From Chrysomallon squamiferum (taxonomy: Eukaryota > Animalia > Mollusca), in contig CM022675.1 of the NCBI GenBank assembly GCA_012295275.1, positions 10,912,001-10,976,000 on the forward strand: a stretch of DNA of 64,000 nucleotides, read 5' to 3'. Position numbers and translations under genes: made by a program. Positions 28,704 through 44,382 of the stretch are shown one piece after another (position 1 is the stretch's first letter; the number at the start of each line of letters is the position of its first letter). The notes below the pieces were generated by a model. The model was not told the origin of the DNA, made no database searches, and was given only the letters and a program-made list of their open reading frames with translations.

Positions 28704-29556
28704 TAATAATAATATAGCAAAACATCCATATACGTGTGTATTTGTACGTAATAATTTTTTTTTTTTAAAAAGCAAAAAAGTCCTTCAATGATGACATTCA
28801 TAAGACTTGTCACCAAAACTCAGAAGCTGAGTAAAAGTGGACGTCAAGCGTGGAATCAGTTCTTGTAATTGGAAGCGCGCACCAAGAAAACTTTGCTCGA
28901 TTGGTGTCCGACTTCAAAGCGAGAACAATCATTGATTTTGCAATGTACACGGCGCAGAGCCGCTTCAAACACACAGACCATCAACTTCTTTTGATTGGGT
29001 GTTGTCGACAGATGCATTTCAGATAACCTCTTTTCAGAGGTGCAATAAATCTGCCATCGTTGGCGAAAGAAAACGATATTTTTATCATAATCTATTTAGT
29101 TCAAGATGCAAAAAGATGTCAAGTATTTTTTACTTCTATTTTTTTTTTTTCTATTTTTTTTTTTTTTTTTTTTTTTAAACCAAAAAAATAAAAAAAATGG
29201 GGAGAGAAATAAGTTTGTCCCACTCAGTTTGATTTCATTTTTAATTTTTAATTTTTTTAATTTTTATTTTTTTATTTTTTATTTTCTATTTTTTTTTGGA
29301 AAGAGGATATGAAATGTTTAAATTTTCTTTGTTATTTATTTATTTATTTATTTGTTTGTTTGTTTGTTTGTTTGTTTGTTTATTTGTTTATTTATTTTAT
29401 TTTATTTTATTTTATTTTCTAGTTATTATTATATTATATTATTTTCTGTCTACATTTATTCATACAGATTTTTAAATGTGTGTTGTTTCTCGCATTCATA
29501 TTATTTTAACATATTTAATTTAAAATTTATTTTATTTTAATTTATTTTATTTTAAC

Positions 29557-29578
29557 AGAGAGAGAGAGAGAGAGAGAA

Positions 29579-29669
<91 letters not shown>
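29557..29669. repeat. (GA)n microsatellite
   Basis: GA run with one interruption. Confidence 0.97.
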
Positions 29670-29671
<2 letters not shown>

Positions 29672-31219
29672 TTGGCCACTGAATATTAATGTTAGAAACA
29701 ATCACGATAATAACAGTAGTAACAGTACTAATAGTAATTATAGTAGTAGTAGTAATAATAGTAGTAGCAGCAGAGTAGTAGTGGTAATTATTATTATTAT
29801 TGTTGTTGTTGTAGCTATTGTTATTATTATCTGATAAATAAATAAAATAAATAAATAATAATAATAAAAAAATATGAAATAAAAAAATGGAAACTGCATA
29901 ATCGTATACACTCTTATTCTTCTTCTCTCTTTTTTTTTAATGAATATACATTACATTATCATTTTAATAAATAATAACAATAAATAAAATAATAATAATA
30001 CATATTTCTTTTTTTTAAATTACAAAGAAGTTCTAAATACTGGAAAAAAACGAAAAAAAAAACGAAAACGAAATAAATACCTTTCCTTCAACTTTTCATT
30101 TCATACCGAAAAGGAATGAACACATATAAAGTTATTTCATTTCGCCCAATTTAAGATATATGACGGCAGGACGGAAAACGAAATCTTCATCGGATAGAAA
30201 AACGTTTATATTTCTTTTGTTAAGACGAAGTGACACTAATGATAAATGCCATAAAAACATTTGCATATATATATTTCGAAGTGCGAACAGCATAAAAACA
30301 GCGATTTTGTTCAATATACGTTACCTCCGACAGTTTTGTATGTGTATGATGTATAGTTTTGACTTCAGTGTGCTGTTATTATTTTTCCTCTTCTCTCTGA
30401 CAGTTAATCATTGCGATAATATTGCATTTCCCAAGGCATATTTATCGGTTTTTAGTATTTAATCTTAACGCTCGTGTGCAAGTAATTTGCATATTAATAA
30501 GTTGTATTTCTTATTCACGAAGAATGCATGATGAGATGACGAATGTAATTGCTGCAACACCATCATTAAGTGCGACAGTTACTTCCACTACTACGGTTAC
30601 AACCACCACTACTTCCACAACAACTACTACTACTAACTAAGACAACAACAACTGCTACTACACCATTAGAACTACTTCAATGGCCCAGTATCCTACTCTT
30701 ATTACTACTATTACCATTATTGTCAGTATTAGTAGTATTAACAGTAACAGTAGTAATAGTGGCTGTAGTAATAAAATAGTAATAGTAGTCGTAGCAGTAA
30801 TAGTAGTTTTATACCATGAGTTGTGACGATGATAGCAGTGGTAATAGTAATAACAGAAGAAGCAGAAGCAGCAGAAGAAGAATATGATGATGATGATGTT
30901 GACGATGATGATGATGATGTTGACGATGATGATGACGATTAAGGCAAAGAAAGAAAACAATAATAATTATAACTTCATTATTAATGTTTTTTTTTTTTTT
31001 CCTTTTTAAATCATTCTATTATCGAACGCTAGAAGTTAATATGTATGTATGTATGTATACCAATGTGTGTATATGTATACGCATGAATGGATGGATGGAT
31101 GGATGGATGGATGGATTTGTTAATATATATATATAAATCTTCATTCTCATATATTTGTACACCATTTTTCTTTTTCTTTTTCTGGTTGGATTTTTCTTCA
31201 TGTTTTTTTTTTTGAAACT

Positions 31220-32000
31220 GTAACCCAATCGCACCTGAAGAGAAGTCTTTGACACGTCATTAATATTGTCAACGATCTCCGCCAACTAAACAAAACTCAG
31301 GTGCGAACCTCTCTGGCCAAATGTCTTCCAAGATCCGCGCAGTTCCGGTGTCGTCGTCGTCGTCGTACAGAACTGATACTTATCCAAGACAACAACAACG
31401 TGTGTCTCTTCGTATCGGATCGACAATCATTAATAACGACGAAGCCGAACGACGTGGATTTGACGACATGACGCGAGAGAAACAGCGTACTGAGACAACT
31501 GTACGACGACGTTTTCCCCGGAGACATCCTCCACGCGTTTCTCGATGTCGTCTTCTGGCGGCTTTTTACACACCTACGTCGGAAGTTCCCGAAACTAAAC
31601 GAGACTTCGCTAGGGAGAAGTCAGTGTGTAGTAATCGTGTCTAGATTTTTTTTTGTTGTTTAGCAGTAACGAATCGGTCCCCTGGTTCGAAATTAATCAG
31701 TTTGGAATGCAACACCTGCGCTACTCGTAGGAGAAAATAATAAAAATTTAAAAAATAAAAGAAGAAGAAGAAGAAGAAAAGAAAAGAAGTAAAAATGATT
31801 CGCCACGCTAACGAAATTAACGTTTCGTGGTGGTCAGATGGTTTTAAAACATTTGCTTTCACTACGGATCTGTTTCCTCGTTCGTTTCCGCCCGGTTTGA
31901 TTGATAGAGACACGACAATTGCCGGAACTCTGCTAACAAAATGTTACGTTCTTCTGCCGAGGATGGGCTGGTGAAATTTACTGAATAAGATTTCGATATT
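31220..32000. promoter_or_regulatory. Large CpG-dense island
   Basis: Among the most CpG-dense segments of the window by eye; non-repetitive. Confidence 0.4.
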
Positions 32001-32169
32001 TCCGTTGTGACACTTTGGAATTTCCTTGCTATTAGCTCCTTTTTTTTTTTATTATTTTTTTTTTTTTTTTTTTATTTTAATTTATTTTATTTTATTTTAT
32101 GTAGGAAAAAAAAAACAACAACAACAACAATAATAATGATAATAATCTTTTCTCATCAGTTGCTATACC

Positions 32170-32233
<64 letters not shown>

Positions 32234-32237
<4 letters not shown>

Positions 32238-32301
32238 AAACTGTCTTTTTGCATTTGTAATCTGTTCAGTATAAATTTTGTTTTTTCTACATCTCACTGC
32301 A
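32234..32301 (+). repeat. 68-bp inverted repeat, copy A
   Basis: Exact reverse complement of 38664-38731; abuts (CT)n at 32173-32235. Confidence 0.95.
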
Positions 32302-32519
32302 TATTTTTTCTTTTGAATTTTATGTCTATTAAATAATATGAAACAAAAAGTTAGGAAACGAATACTAAATGTAATACCTTTCCATGAGTGTGAATATTTA
32401 ACGAAAAAAACAATATATATATATATATAATGAAAATAATAATTATAAAACGTCCCCCCCAAAAAAAAAAAAAAAAAATTAAAATTAAAATTAAAAATAA
32501 AATAAAATAGAACAAAATA

Positions 32520-32554
<35 letters not shown>

Positions 32555-32891
32555 GTACGTAAGTAAGTAAACAAATAACGAAACAGAGATAGTCATGACT
32601 TTGGAAGTTAATACATGTAATAAATAAAATACTTTATAACCTAATAAACGTATGAAACAACGAATGCATTTTGTCCAGAAAGAAGAACATCCAAGTGAAT
32701 TTCCTGATTAATGTATGACAAAATTTGCGACTATAAAACGACACCAGTGAGAAATGAAATGAAAATTCAGCGATCTTATAAACAATATTAGTCAAAACAA
32801 ATGTGTAAACAAAGAGTTAGGCAAATGTACGAAGCAACTAGTACACCAACAAATGTCATGATGTATATTTAAAGAAGTAATCAGAATATTT

Positions 32892-32936
<45 letters not shown>

Positions 32937-32995
32937 TTAATAATAATAATAATCATAATAATAATAATAATAATAATAGTAATAATAATAATCAT

Positions 32996-33030
<35 letters not shown>

Positions 33031-34073
33031 CAAAAACAACAACAATAAGAATAACAAAAATAAAAATAACAACATCAACAACAACTGCAACAACTAAAAC
33101 ACATAAATTAATTTTTTTTTCAAAAAATAACACCACTGCGGATTATGTTTGAAATAACAGAAAAGCCGTTGCTATGGTGACTAATGTACATATCGCAAAT
33201 TGCAACAATTTAAGTTTCAGTTTCGTCATATTAGCGTCAGTGATGTGGCAAGATATTTGGCTCCATGCACATTTTTCTGGTTTGTTTCAGTGAATTTTCA
33301 TTTGAAATTGACTTTCAAAAATAGAGTCACTTTTTGTTGTCGTATCAGCTTCTGGTTTTAACTGACATAGTAAATATCTTAATTACGTCACAAAAAAGTA
33401 TCAGTATTATATTACTTTTCCTTCGTTATTGTTTTTAATATGCATACAATAATAATAATAAAATAATAAAATAGTAATAATAGTAATACTAAAAATTCTA
33501 AAACAAATTAAAATAAAATAAAATAAAATAATCAATAAAATTAAAAATAAATAAAATAAGCGAGTTCATGTACATAAATATACACAAACATGCGCGCGCG
33601 CTTTTATTATTACAAATAAATACACCACATTTAATAAATAAATAAACTGATAAATCGATAAATAAATCAGTACTTAAATAAAAATAAAATAAATAAAAAT
33701 AAAATAAAATAAAATAAATAAATGAAACAAAGAAAAATAAAATAAAATAAAATAAAATAAAATAAATAAATAAACAAACAAACAAAAAAATACATACATA
33801 TACATACATAGAAACATACAAAAAAAATTGTTTATTTATTATTTTCCACTTTCATCTTTCTGATCTGCTTTGTTCATATCCATTTTTGCTTATATGTACA
33901 TGTACATTCATATTTATTTTTTTAATTTATTCACTGTTTATGTTCATTACATTATTTCAAAGGACTCATTTATTTGGATATTCTTTCAAAAGTGAAACTC
34001 ATTATTTTTTAAATCTTTAAATTTAAAATAGCCGAAACCGGCTGATTACTAATTGAATTAAAAAAGAAAAAAA

Positions 34074-34120
<47 letters not shown>

Positions 34121-35102
34121 AATAAAATAAATAAATATAATAAATAAATAAAAAAGAAAGTAGAGAAAGAACGAAAAAAAGAAAATAAACTTTTGAATTA
34201 TATTTCTCTTTTCACTGATGACATATTACTATGAAGAAGACATTGTATACTCAAATAAATTAATATTATCATCAACAACCGACAAATTACATTTTTATGT
34301 CTGTATATTATGAAGTGTATTTTATTTTATTTCTGTTTCGCAAATGCAAAAACTGAACACCTCTATTCCAAACAGAGGCATTATCTTAACAGAACTAATA
34401 AATAAATAAATAAATAAAAAATGTATAAATAAATAAATGTAAAAATAAAGAATAAATAAACAAACAAACAAACAAACAAACAAAAAACAAACAAAACACA
34501 CAAACAACAAACAAATAAATGAATAAGTAAATAAATAATAAATAAATAAATAAGTAAATAAATAAATAAGTAAATAAATAGAATGAAATATTGTTTTTGT
34601 GTGCTATTTTTTGAAAACTGTACTAAATATTACTCGGAATGTAATGTATAAGTAAATTCACCCTCTAAACAAGTCTGTGTTGATCTATGTTTATTTTCTT
34701 TGTTAAATGTGACATTTTTACGTTTTGTTTATTTTGTATGCCAAAAAACATACACTGGGTGAACAGAAGTAAAAAATGAATAAATAGATGGATGTAGAGA
34801 CTGATAAAAAAAAAAGAAAAAAAAGATAGATATATAGGTAGGTAGGTACGTAAATAAATGGATGGATAGATGGATAAATGGATAGATACATAGATGAATA
34901 GGTAAATATATATATATATAAATAAAGATAGATAGATAGTTAGGTAGATATATATATAGACAAATAGATAGACATTGGGGATAGATAGAAGACGGCTGGA
35001 TAGATGTATGGATGGATGGATGGGTAGAGGGAGAAATATATGAATAAATTAATGAATTAATGAATAATAACGTTAATAAAAAATGAGGAAAAAGGAATGA
35101 AA

Positions 35103-35153
<51 letters not shown>

Positions 35154-35594
35154 AAAATAAGACATACTTACTAAGCAAGATATAATCAAAATGTTCTAAG
35201 TACGCAACAAATAAACACTTCAAATAACTTTGATTAGCAAAATAATAATAATAAAAAACCCAGAAGAAAACAAGGAAAACAGATTGTTTCGACCTTCGAA
35301 AATGTTTATTTACAATTAAGACACCCCTTCATTATATATAACGTCATTTACCTATGCAGCTCTTGGTTTTATAAGTACGTTTATATATTTTATAGTTTTT
35401 CATTACTTCATTATTCTTTTTTATTTTATTCTTATATATTTATTTTCTGGAACTAGTTGAAAAGTACTGTCATAGTTGTTGTTTTTTTATTCTGCAGATA
35501 GAGAATATTTTTGGTTTTACCTTTCTGTATCTCGAAACTTATTTGATAAATGCGTCCTTGTTCATCACCTAAGAATAAAGGTTAGAAATATACA

Positions 35595-35657
<63 letters not shown>

Positions 35658-36100
35658 TATAATAAATATATCTATATAAACGCTAATAAAAGCGTGTATA
35701 CATTTTCAACTAATTAAATGTGGTTTTATTATTTGTTTCTTTGTTTCTTTTTCTCTTTCTTTATCTGAAATTTTTTTATTATCTTCCTTTGCTTATTATT
35801 TGTTAGTTATTTTTATAAATAAATGAATTTGAAAATAAACTAAATTAATAAAATAAACTAAATCATTCCACCAAAAAAAACAAAACAATATGTATTAAAA
35901 TTTTAAATGCATTAATCAAATGATAATAAAATAAATATCAAATGTTTGAGAAAATTAAAATAACTGGAATAAAACCAGACTGAAGGGCATCACAACAGAA
36001 TGTACAGATGAAGAATAAATAAATAGTTTTAATTAGCACGTATATTTCATGAAGCTTCATCGGGATTAATTTCGGTTTCTGATTTTCTGTTGATGAACTT

Positions 36101-36139
<39 letters not shown>

Positions 36140-36183
36140 TTTGTTTGTTTATTTATTTAATTATTTGTTTATTATTATTATTG

Positions 36184-36214
<31 letters not shown>

Positions 36215-36545
36215 TAGCAGTCACGATTAATAAGTATATATATATATAGGAACTAATAACAAACATTTAAACACAAAATTTAATGAAACAAACTAAAATG
36301 AATGAAGCTAATAAATAAACGAGTATAGTAAGACATAAAATGAATAACGCTATATGTAAATATTTATCTGTGCTGTTGTATAACTAAAACATTTCAGCTG
36401 CTGTTACTATTACTACTACTGCTACTGCAACTACTACTACTGTTATAATTGACACTGGATGTTATAACGATGATGGTAAATAAATAAATATATATACATA
36501 CATAGACAGATTATTAAACATTAAATGTAATAATAATAATAATAA

Positions 36546-36628
<83 letters not shown>

Positions 36629-36842
36629 AACATTTTTTAAAAAGCAAAACATAAGTCTGTGACCTTTGTCACAGGTCATATACATGTATATATAAAGTGT
36701 ATATTAAAAGGTTCGTTGCTATTAATCGAAAAATTAAAAACTTTAGGAATAAATTATATTAAAAAATACCAAACGTATATTAACACGAAATATTCGCAGT
36801 TAGAATAATAACCTGTTATATTTTTGCTTGTTCTATATACTA

Positions 36843-36907
<65 letters not shown>

Positions 36908-37859
36908 ATAATAATAATAATAATAATAATGTTGATGATGATGATAATAATAATAAGTAAATGGATTAACAGAAAATAAATTAATAAAACATACAATCAT
37001 ATATAACAAATAAACAGAGATATTAGATAGTAGTTATAAAGAACAGGAACATAACAAGAAATGTTTGTATTGTGATACTTTTCATACTAATACCTATATA
37101 GTATATTATACGCTCTTTGTTATAAATATATATTTAAGAATTCAAAATAGTCTCGCTTTAGAAAAGGTTATTAAAAATATAATAATAAAAACTTTATCTG
37201 CAGCCTTTTTAACAATGATTTCAAATCTATCAGTAAATTTAGCAGCGACGTACACAAAATGACCTTTAATACCCGAGCATAGATAGAAAGTAAACATGTT
37301 TGTACGTGTAATGTAAACAGTTACCAAGTGTGGAATATTATATATCAGTGTCGTTTTGTTATTTCAAACACCAGTTTGAAAGCCTAGTAGTGACGCTTTT
37401 GTATTTCAAAATAAAGTCTTTATTCTGTAAATATTTTACTTTAGTTTTTTTTTCTAAAACTTATTTATGTATTATATATTCTAGGTAATGTATGTTTATA
37501 TTTAGGTATGTGTGCACTTGTGTGTGTATAAATGTATGTACATATGTACGTATATACGTACGTGCGTACGAATGTATGTATGTATATGTGCATATTTGAA
37601 TATAGTATGTAAGCTTATGAATATGTGTATACATGTATGTATGTATTTATGTATGTATGTGTGTGTATGTATGTATATATGTATATTATGTATGTATGTT
37701 TGTGTGTGCATGTATATATGCATGCATGTATTTATTTATTTATGTGTGTGTATGTATATGTATGAACGCATGTAATACAGTATATATTATACACACACCT
37801 CCGCAGACGTAAATGTTTGTGTATGCGGGTATATAATTATATCTCTTGATATCATACCT

Positions 37860-38280
37860 CCGTGTCAACATTCACGCTTCAGCGTTTTGACTATTCTGTT
37901 CGCCGACGTAACCGAAAACCTCACAAAACTTCGCACTCTTTACGTCGCGCAAACATGCTCCTCGGTCAGGCTCGAGTTGTCTCCCTTCGACGCTTAGCCC
38001 AGTAACGGAAACTGCGCTAGCGAGTTTAAAACGTGCATGATGAATGGGCTCTCCGCACGCTAAGGACGATTGTTTCGCCGAATTTCAGTTGCCTCAAATG
38101 ACAGGGTGTCCAAGTCCAATGGCTTGACACTTGAATGCTGTTTTCTAGCATTGCAGTCGTATCGTATCAGTTTCCGTCCACCTTCCCGAGTCACGCACTT
38201 AGTCATTTCCCTCGCTGGAATAGCTCGACGTAATAACGTCGCGTATTACCCGGCGAAACAGTATTAACGACTGAGATTTT
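37860..38280. promoter_or_regulatory. CpG-rich island, candidate cis-element
   Basis: Unique, CpG-dense; contains GAGTTGTCTCCCTT at 37974-37987. Confidence 0.35.
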
Positions 38281-38663
38281 GAAATTTATGTGCTGCTGCT
38301 GCTTTTTTTTCTTTTGCTTTTTTTTTTCAGACTACGTTTTTGGGGACTTATTTACGTTTTATCGGGGCGGGATTCTTTTTTTTTTTAATGTTTTTTTTTT
38401 ATGTTTTGTTTTTTTATTTGTTTGTTGTTGGGTTTATTGGGGATTTGGAGTTGTTTGTTTGTTACTTTGTTTTGCATATTTCTTTATTTGTTGTTTGTTT
38501 TCGTTTCTAGTATATTTTGTTTTCGTTATTTTTGTTTGGTTAATTATTTATTTATTTATTATTTCTTTTATTTTTTATCTGTCTGTCTAACATGTCACTC
38601 TCTAACAGTTTATCTCTCTGACTACATAGCAACTTTCATATCTCGTTGACTGCATGTACAGTT

Positions 38664-38731
38664 TGCAGTGAGATGTAGAAAAAACAAAATTTATACTGAA
38701 CAGATTACAAATGCAAAAAGACAGTTTGTAG
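38664..38731 (-). repeat. 68-bp inverted repeat, copy B
   Basis: Exact reverse complement of 32234-32301; followed by TTTTTG and (GA)n at 38738-38804. Confidence 0.95.
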
Positions 38732-38737
38732 TTTTTG

Positions 38738-38805
<68 letters not shown>

Positions 38806-38832
38806 GCTAGACTAATAAATTACAAACACATT

Positions 38833-38879
<47 letters not shown>

Positions 38880-39396
38880 GTATTCAGCAGATGGATTAAT
38901 TCGTGTCACATAAGGAGAGCATCACAAGAACTAATGCAAAATGATGAACTGATTGTTTTTTAATCTGTATTCTTGTATATAACTAATGTTTTCATATATT
39001 TTGAAAGTACCCGATTAGATCATCAAACAATATTATTCTACATACAAACAACAAATGTTTATCAGCAACTGCAAAAAGACAATCCAAGGGGAGCAACTCC
39101 AGCCAACTCATTTCTGTTTAAGACGAGCGCTCTATTTTTGTCATTCATCGAGATTGCATGCGTGAGAATATACTTATTTATCACAAACTTTAGATACAAG
39201 CTGCGAATTGCATTTCTGTCTCTATCTCTTGTCTGTCTGTGTGTCTTTCTGTCAGCATGCATTTACGGAGGCGTGTGTGGTTTTGGGGTTGTTTTTGTTT
39301 TGTTTTTGTTTTGTTTTGTTTTATTTTGTTTGTTTGTATTTTGAGCTTCAGTGGCTTTTGTATGTAATGATACACATCGTTTTATGAAACTCTCTC

Positions 39397-39491
<95 letters not shown>

Positions 39492-39966
39492 CCCCCTCCG
39501 TTACTGACCATGTTCCTGCTTTAGCTTCTATCTGTCTAACTATTTCTCTGTGTCATACTTTATAAATAATTATCTTTAAGCACGACTGTTTAAACTTTTA
39601 TGACTATTTTTGCTATTTGTTTGTTTTAAAAAATCACTGTAGTGTGTATTGTACGGAAAGTTCTTTCTCTCGCTTTTTCTGTGTACCTTCGACCATTTAT
39701 TTTGTGTACATGGTCCACATTTCAAATAATCTCTTTAGGCAGATTTGTTCGTGCATTACCCAATCAGCTACAGTCAAGTCCGTTCATGTCTTTTTACGAC
39801 TATTCTGCTTCTTTTTTTTTTTTTTTTTTGTAACCGAGGAAAATTTTTGTCATGTCTTTGTTAAGAAGTGAAATGTGAACGACACAAAAGAAGGGAGACT
39901 TCGTAACTTAGAATAAATAAATAAAAGCACTAAGTTAAAAGTGAACAAAGTGACGACAGAATGAAA

Positions 39967-40004
<38 letters not shown>

Positions 40005-40257
40005 AGGTAATAAATTTGAAAAGTAATAAGCCTGGAGTATTTGTTTGTGTCTTCACGTATTGTTAATTCTGTCTCGAAAATTATTATGTGTTTGGTCTTG
40101 TACTCATTTACACACAATCATGGACTAAATCATCCGTAAATGTGAGAAGAGGATATATGCAGCTAACATGCATGTGTTTATTGATATACATAAAACACGA
40201 TTACTTACAGGCATATTTTTAGAAATATGCTGATATATATATACTGATTTATGTATT

Positions 40258-40403
<146 letters not shown>

Positions 40404-40560
40404 TCCCTCCCTCTCTCTGTGTGTATGTATATATGTGACAGACATGTGTGTAGACAGACACAAAGAGAAACTGACATAAAAAAACAAATATATAAATAGA
40501 AGACAGACACACAGACAGTTATACAGATAGATAGGTAATAACAGGTCGAATAATAATAAT

Positions 40561-40593
<33 letters not shown>

Positions 40594-40653
40594 AATATTA
40601 ATAATAATAAAACTTATGATAAAAATAATAGAAATAATAATAGTTATAATAGC

Positions 40654-40703
<50 letters not shown>

Positions 40704-41335
40704 GAAGAAGAAGAAGAAGAAGAAGAAGAAGAAGAAGAAGAAGAAGAAGAAGAAGAAGACGACGAAGCAAATGAAAACGATTCGGTGGTTTACGGTAAGG
40801 AAAAGCTGATCTCTGAGGACTTACATCAAGTAAACGTGGTAAAGCCCCGCTAAGTGCAGCAAAGGGTCGTTTCATATTACCGAACACCTCGGAACAATCG
40901 AATGGCAGTCCGCATTATTGCCGCTAAAGCGTTTGCTGTCGTTAACGTGTTTTTGTGGGTACCACTCAGCAGTGACCCACGACAAAAAGAAAAAAAACAA
41001 AATGAGTCACAAGTCAGTCGTTCAGTCAGCCAGGGGCAGATAAGAAGGGTTCATTAGGAAGGAGTGAAAAGATTCCAATTTGTAGCCGCACATAGAAGAC
41101 AGGCCTCATTATTAACGAAATGCGTAGATTAAATGATATTACTTCACTTCTTGTCGCTGTGGTGCTAATGTCGTGGTTGTTGTTGTTGTTGCTGTCGTTG
41201 TTGTTATTTGGGTGTTCTTATTTGGAAAAAAAATCAGGGATGTTCAATAAAATGTTATTGTTTTCTCTGTTGTCTTCTTTCTTTCCTTTTTCTTTTGATA
41301 AATATTTTTTTTTTGTACTTCTTCGTTGTTTTTTC

Positions 41336-41438
<103 letters not shown>

Positions 41439-41794
41439 CATCATCATCATCATCATTATTATTATTATCATTATCATCAGTTAACAGATTGTACATATAT
41501 CGTTATACAAATTAACTCAAAGCTCAGATATTAGTAACAAAAGCTGAATTTAATAATTGTATCAGCACTGCTCAAAATGCGTTAAAAATGTAATTATTCC
41601 AACGAAGCTGATTAAAATAATCATCCATGCAAACATTTGTAATTTTTCATGCTCGCGGCAGTTTACTGTGCACGTGAATGTGATCGTTATGCTGATGTGT
41701 ATCTACTTACACACACACGCACTCATGAACACACATAAACATTTATATTAAGGCACTAAATTAAAAATAGGATGCAGTAAGCACGCACTTGAAA

Positions 41795-41828
<34 letters not shown>

Positions 41829-42014
41829 CGATGCAGACAAGGGTGATAACTCCTGTTTCCTAGATTGGCCTTTCCTTGTGGTATGGACACGATTTGGAAA
41901 ATCAGTAGTGCGTAAGAAAAAAAATAATAAAATGAATGAATGAATGAATGAATGAATGAATAACTAACTAAATGAATAAGAAGATAAAAATAAAATAGAA
42001 TAGAACAAATAAAA

Positions 42015-42063
<49 letters not shown>

Positions 42064-43018
42064 GCTACTACTATTACTAGCATTGTAACATTATGTTTGT
42101 ATTATATTAAGATTTCGCAATTTTACCTAATTCTGTAAATTATATAATAAACGAAAATGACTAATTTAATAAATAAATAAATAAATAAACAAAACAAAAC
42201 AAAACAAACAAGCAAAAAAACAAATAAAATTAAAAACAAATAGAAGATAGATAGATAGATAATTTAATAATGATAAAAATAATATACAGTAAAAGTAATA
42301 ATAGTAGTAATTGTAGTAGAAGTAGTAGTAGGAGTAGTTGTAATTGTTTCGGGTTTTTTTTGTTGTTGCTGTTGTTGTTGCAGTTGTTGTATTAATATCA
42401 GCAATAAAAAACCATGTTCAACTTCATATCTCTACGTACAAAACTCAAAACAGAAAAACAAAAAAAAAAAATAATATAAAATAAAATAAAAAATAAACAT
42501 TTCTGTCATTATTAGCAGTAATTACCTCAGTTTTCTCACTTGTTTTGCAAACGTTCAACCCACAACATCTGCAGCAAATTAGGTCGGATGGAAAGACAAA
42601 CAGACTGAACAGAATTAACTGCTACTGTTAATTAATTAATTATTTCTAGAGAGAGAGCAATGGGAAGGAAATTCTATTATCTTTACTCTTTCTATATGCG
42701 AATTTACCCAGATAATGATCGTGCCAGCCAATGAGCTGTGAGATATATTTTTTTTTATCATTGCCCAACCTGATATGAAATATTGAATCGTTTTGGGCGG
42801 ATGGTTATGGAAAACAAATTAGTATCAAACCTTGGCGTTGCAAGATACACGTGTGCTGTTGTGACACAGATACTGATAATAATATCTGTGTGCGTGAGAG
42901 TTCATTTTGTCCTTGAGAGTACTAGTGCTCGCAAGAATACGTATAAATTTAGTAAACATATAAACATAGGACAGATATGCGTGGGTTTGTGGGGTGGGTG
43001 TACATATACATACACAGA

Positions 43019-43021
<3 letters not shown>

Positions 43022-43092
<71 letters not shown>
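43022..43092. repeat. (TA)n microsatellite
   Basis: Perfect AT run. Confidence 0.97.
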
Positions 43093-43096
<4 letters not shown>

Positions 43097-43201
43097 GATT
43101 CATCGACCATGAACCAAAATGTGAGAATAGATTGATTTAATTATAAACCACTACAGATGATTCATAAAGAAAATAAACCTTAAAATGTTTTAATTTAAAA
43201 C

Positions 43202-43278
<77 letters not shown>

Positions 43279-43315
43279 TAATAATAATAAATAATAAACA
43301 ATAATAATAAACAAC

Positions 43316-43372
<57 letters not shown>

Positions 43373-44347
43373 TTAACAAATCTATATTGACATCTATTTT
43401 ACATTGGACCATTTCAAAAAAGATTTCAAAATATACAACATAGATATTTTTTTTGTATGATTAATAATCGACGATAAAGTATCGATATATGCTACTATTC
43501 GAGAAAACAGATATTTGTGATAATCGCGTGGAATATGTAGCAAAAGGGGATGAATTTTGAGAAATTAATGATTTCGAAATTGAGTTTCTCACAAGCACTC
43601 ATACAAACAAACATACATACATACACACAAACAAACAAACAAATATATATACATACACACAAACAAACAAACAAATATATATACATACACACAAACAAAC
43701 AAATATATATATACATACACACATACTCACACATACACACATAGAAACATACGTACATACCTATATACATATACAATACAATCATACGTGCATACATATA
43801 CACACATGCATGCATGCATTACTATATACATTTATTTGTCTCGCTCTAATTTCTGTTTGTTTTTGTAGGCCATTTTACTGCTTTCCAATCATTCTGTCAT
43901 TCAGTCAATAATTCTTTGAAGCCTTCCATCCATCCATCCATCCATCCATCAATCCATCCGTCTGTCTCTCTGTCTGTCTCTCTGTATATCTCTCTACCTA
44001 TCCACATGTCTATTCATTATTTCTATTTACATACCTGTATATATATTTAGTTTACAATTAGCTGTGTACGTTTTAATTAACCTAACTGACAGTATGCAAA
44101 TTTTATTACAAACAACAAATACGTAAACAATAATGGTACATGATATTTATTTAAAACAATGACTGAAGGATGTAAGTTATAATTTAAACAACTAATATTG
44201 CCTAAAATAATCTTCAAAGAAAGAAAACGAAAGAACATACTTATAATATTAATAATAAAAATAATTTACAGTTATATTCACAATATGAAATCTCTTGTGG
44301 TAAAAATGTTTAGTGATATGTTTCACTCTTAATTAATAATAATAATG

Positions 44348-44382
<35 letters not shown>

